This document shows positions 60,501 to 64,000 of a stretch of DNA of 64,000 nt, piece after piece. The notes under the pieces are model-generated. The model was given only the letters and a program-made list of their open reading frames with translations. It had not been told where the DNA came from and did not search any database. Made by a program: the position numbers and the translations under genes. Source of the DNA: Scenedesmus sp. PABB004 (lineage: Eukaryota); assembly GCA_014905635.1 (NCBI GenBank), contig JABVCE010000008.1:1364001-1428000 (forward strand). Direction: 5' to 3'. How positions within the stretch are numbered: position 1 is the first letter of the stretch; the number at the start of each line of letters is the position of its first letter.

Positions 60501-61604
60501 CCGCGGGGTCGGCGCCGGGCGGCGAGCCCGCGAGCCCCGGGCAGCACGCCGCGACGAGGGCCTTGAGCGCCTCCTGCTCCTCCGCGACCAGCTGAGTCAT
60601 CGCGCTCGGCGTCGACACCTGCGCCGCCGGCGCGGCGCGTTGGCTGCCAGGGCCGCCGCGCCGCGCCGTGCCGCGCCGCGCCGCGCCGCGCCAGCCGCCC
60701 ACCCCCGCCTCCCCGCCCCCGTGGCGCGCGCGCCGCACCTCGATCGTGACGAGGGGCTGGCCCATGTCGGCGGTCAGCGCGACGACGTACCGCCCCACCG
60801 CCAGCGGGCGGCCCTCACGGCGGGGCAGGGAGAGGTAGGTCTGCTCGCTCGCGAGCGACGCGTGCCCGCCGCCTGTGCGGCGCCACGCCGCGCCGCGCCG
60901 GGGCGTGTGGGCCGCGGCGCGCGCGAGCGGCAGCGCGCGGGGCGCGGCCGGCGGCGCGCGCGGCCCCGCGCGCACCCGCTGCGGACGCGTCCTGGTCCAG
61001 CTCGCGCAGGCCGGGCATGTCCATGTAGTTGGTGCCCGTCTGGGTGGGCACGGCACGGGCGGGGTCGCTGCCGGGGCCCCAAAGCTGCCTGCGGGGCGCG
61101 GGCGGGTCAGCACCACGGGCGCAGCGCGGCGGGGTCGGCGCGGCGCGGCGACGGCGCGGCGCGGCGACGGCGCGGCGCGGCGACGGCGCGGCGACGCCGG
61201 CCGGCCCCGGCCCGCCCGGCTCACATCGTGATTTGGCCTGCGACCGCGCGCGCCATGATGACGACGCTCATGTTGTCGGCGGCGTCGGGTGCCACCTCAA
61301 ACGCATAGTGCACCGTCGCGTGGCGCTGCATCTGCACCGACCACGCGCAGTGCGCCAGCTCCGGCTCGAGCGCGGCGCCCGGCGCGCCGCGCGCCGCCGC
61401 GCGGCTGCAGCCCGGCAGCGACGGGATGCTCTGGGCGCGGCGCTCGCCGTCCAGGGGCGGCGCCGGCGCGGAGGCGAGCCCCGCCGCGCAGCTCGGCGCC
61501 GCGAGCGCCGAGACCGCGACGGCGAGCAGGGCCAGCCGCGCCGCGCGGCGCCGCGCGGGGCGGAGCCGCTCAGCAACGCCGCTGCGCTGCTGCCGCGCCG
61601 ACAT
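57514..61604 (-). CDS. LRR receptor-like protein 2, paralog of the 40803-45384 gene, >12 exons
   Basis: Signal RLALLAVAVSALAA; CC cap; LRRs such as LDLSSNELDG and LDLSHNPLTGAFP; TM AVAALAASAVVAAALLAGAAGVAL; short Ser/Gly tail. Confidence 0.88.
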
Positions 61605-63118
61605 CGCCGCCGCGTGCTGCTGGACCGTCTCAGCAGCCGGAGCGGCCTGCGGCGCCGCGGGCGGAGCAGCGGCGGTCGCCCCAGCGCACACGCGCCGGCG
61701 CGCTGAGCCACGCCATGGCCACCGATCGCGGCGCTCGAGCTTTGGAGCGCTCGCGAAAGCTGCTGCGAGCGCCTGGAGCCAGGGCGGGCCGTGCGGGCGC
61801 GACCGCCAGCGTGCGCCATCCAGAGGCTGCATGGCCCGCCCTGCAGACTGGCTGTGGTGCCGACAGGCCGCAGCGCAAGGTCTGCCGGCCGTCGGACGCA
61901 CCAGGCGAGAGCGCGCGTACGTGGTCTCGACCTCCTCGACGCGGCGCGCTCGGCCCGCTGACGCGCGCTCTACGTGGCGGACGCGGTGCTGTGGAACTCG
62001 GCGGGCCGGCAGCGCGATCTCTGGCCGGCCAGCAGCAGCTGGGCCTGAAAAACCCTGCTCCGCGTTCGCGCTGGTACCACAAAACGCCCGGCCGCGCAGT
62101 CGCGCGCAGGCACGCCCCCTCTCACGCCGCTACTGCAGCTGGCCGTGCCACCGCCGCCGCAGGTGCTGCTGCGCGGCCACCGCTGCTGACCGACCGCGCA
62201 CGGCAGGCGCGGCGCGGCGCGCCGCACAGCGAGCGTGGGTTCAGACATGATTACCATCGTCGCCGCCGGCGCGGCACACGCCGCGCCGCCCACGCCCCAC
62301 TTTCTCATTGCCGCCGCCGTCGTCGCCCGCGCCGCGGGGGTCCATGCGTTTGCAGCATCGCGCTCGCGGGCCAGAGGTGGACAAGCTTCGGCGCGGGGGC
62401 CCGCTGAGGGCGGGCCGCCCGCGCCCGACGCCGCATGGCGCACGGTGGTGTGGGAACGCGGAGCCTCAAGTGCTGCCGACAGCAGGTGCACGTGCAGAGC
62501 GCGCTGCAAAGAGGGCAGCGCTGACGCGCGCGCACGCGCGGGGTGTCGTCCCAGCCTCCCCGCGCACCTCCCTCCGCGGCTGCCGTCGGGTCCGGGTCGC
62601 TGACAAGCGCAACGCACGTTGCCGCCCCCTCCCCGCCTGCCTTCCCCCGCCCTCAATGTGTGCGTGGCTCCACCGCAAAGGCATGCCGCGCCGCTCCCCA
62701 GGAAGGGGGCGCGGCGCGCAACGAGCAAATAGGCGCCGCCGAACGCTCGGGCCGCGCCGGCCGCCCAGCACACACGGCGTGGGCGGCGGCGGGCCGGCTA
62801 GGGCAGCGCGCCCCCGCCACCACATGCGGCGGCGCGGGGGCGGCTGCTGAAGCATCTGCCGGTGCAAGTAATGAGCTGCTGCGTGTGGCCAGCAGCGCTC
62901 GCGCGCGGGTCGCCATCCGCAGCTGAAACCATCGACGCGATCGGTTGCTTCCGTCCAACTGCGCCGCGCGCCCGCCTGCGGAGGGCGGGTGGGCGCCGCG
63001 GCGCCCGCTCCAGATCCGGCGCTCACATGGGCCCCTGTTCACGGGCCGCCCGGGCCGCTCGCACGAGCGCGCCCGTGTCCACGGCCGTCGCGCTGGCGGC
63101 CGGTCCGTCGAGTCGAGC

Positions 63119-63640
63119 CTACTTCTCGTGCTCGTGCTTGCCCTGGCTCTTGAAGAGCTCGTCGATCAGGTCATGGTCCGTGAGCGACTTGGTGGCGGGC
63201 GTCCGCTTGTAGGCTGCGCGGGGCGACGCAGCGAGGGATGGCGGCGGGGCGGCAGCGCAGAGAGTGAGGGCGGCGCGCAGCTGCCCGCAGCGGCCCATCA
63301 ACCTGCTGACACGCCGCTGTGGCCGTGGCGCGCGGCGAAGGGCAGCGCCGGCGGCTGCCCTGGCCGCGCCAGCCTGGCCCCGCTGGCGCCAGCTCGGGGC
63401 CGCGCGCGCGTGCAGCGCCGCCGCGCTGTGCAGCCCCGCCGGCACCATCCAGACCGCCCCACCGCGCGGCCCCCCGCCGCGCCGCCCCGCCCGACCGCGC
63501 TCCACGGCGCTGCGCGCACCGGACAGGCCCCGGCTGATTACGTGCGACGCCGCCGGCAGCGCCGCGCGGGCGGCCTCCATGACTTGGGGGGACGCCAGGG
63601 CGCTGCCAAAGTACTTGACGATGAGCAGCTTGTCGCTCAT
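63119..63640 (-). CDS. Small hypothetical protein, 71 aa; exons 63640-63520 and 63213-63119
   Basis: Splices in frame to MSDKLLIVKYFGSALASPQVMEAARAALPAASHVISRGLSAYKRTPATKSLTDHDLIDELFKSQGKHEHEK*. Confidence 0.7.
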   Translation of the reverse strand: MSDKLLIVKYFGSALASPQVMEAARAALPAASHVISRGLSGARSAVERGRAGRRGGGPRGGAVWMVPAGLHSAAALHARAAPSWRQRGQAGAARAAAGAALRRAPRPQRRVSRLMGRCGQLRAALTLCAAAPPPSLAASPRAAYKRTPATKSLTDHDLIDELFKSQGKHEHEK

Positions 63641-63791
63641 ATTGACTCGTGGGCGTTGCTGGGCCGACGTGGAAGTCGGGCCTCTCGCGTGCTGCGTGGG
63701 CGTTGGGCTTGGTGTCTCGTGTGGTTGGTCAATCGCAGACTGTTGGCGCGGCGGGGGGCGGGCGGCGACCAACGGGGAGCAGGGAGGATGT

Positions 63792-63796
63792 TTACA
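63792..63796 (-). terminator. TGTAA polyadenylation signal
   Basis: TTACA on + strand about 70 nt past the stop at 63865. Confidence 0.55.
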
Positions 63797-63864
63797 CAGA
63801 ACCTGCTGACCTGGCTTCCGGGCCGCGGCCAGGGCGGCGCGCGCGCTGCCACGAGCCTCAGGCC

Positions 63865-63999
63865 TCAGGTCACCTGCAGCATCTCGCCAAAGGCGGCCTC
63901 CAGGCCGGCGAGCTCCTGCTGCGAGAGCTCAGAGAGCGTGGCGGCGGTGGGCCCCTCCGCCTCGGCGACGAGCGCCTTCTCGATGCACGCGCGCAGGTC
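63865..63999 (-). CDS. 3' end of an unidentified gene truncated by the window edge
   Basis: DLRACIEKALVAEAEGPTAATLSELSQQELAGLEAAFGEMLQVT* with GC3-rich codons and a downstream TGTAA. Confidence 0.65.
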   Translation of the reverse strand, partial: DLRACIEKALVAEAEGPTAATLSELSQQELAGLEAAFGEMLQVT

Positions 64000-64000
64000 G

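Overview
Very GC-rich, gene-dense eukaryotic nuclear DNA with many short (about 70-150 nt) introns, chloroplast-targeted genes (plastid RPL9, CURT1) and TGTAA poly(A) signals, so most likely a chlorophyte green alga. About 27 protein-coding genes were reconstructed by hand-splicing: a carotenoid cleavage dioxygenase, a DDX20-like helicase, an SSXT+SAM protein, a GNAT, a sirtuin, SRP40/Nopp140, a GIF/SS18 mini-protein, a BRCT protein, a secreted Cys-repeat protein, a patatin, a kinesin, plastid L9, NF-YC, SCO1, a dehydrin-like protein, a CNRIP1-like protein, a prolyl 4-hydroxylase, two paralogous LRR receptor-like proteins, an RluA pseudouridine synthase, CURT1, a PKD/Thr-Pro glycoprotein and a fasciclin protein. 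The main points are an apparent homolog of animal cannabinoid-receptor-interacting protein 1, an SSXT-SAM fusion, an unusually high share of GC-AG introns, and a 24-kb cell-surface gene neighbourhood. That neighbourhood includes an LRR receptor carrying a large insert with RRL sites that could be cleaved. No RNA genes, CRISPR arrays or intact transposons were recognised. All family assignments are motif recognition from memory, not database searches. CDS coordinates span introns.
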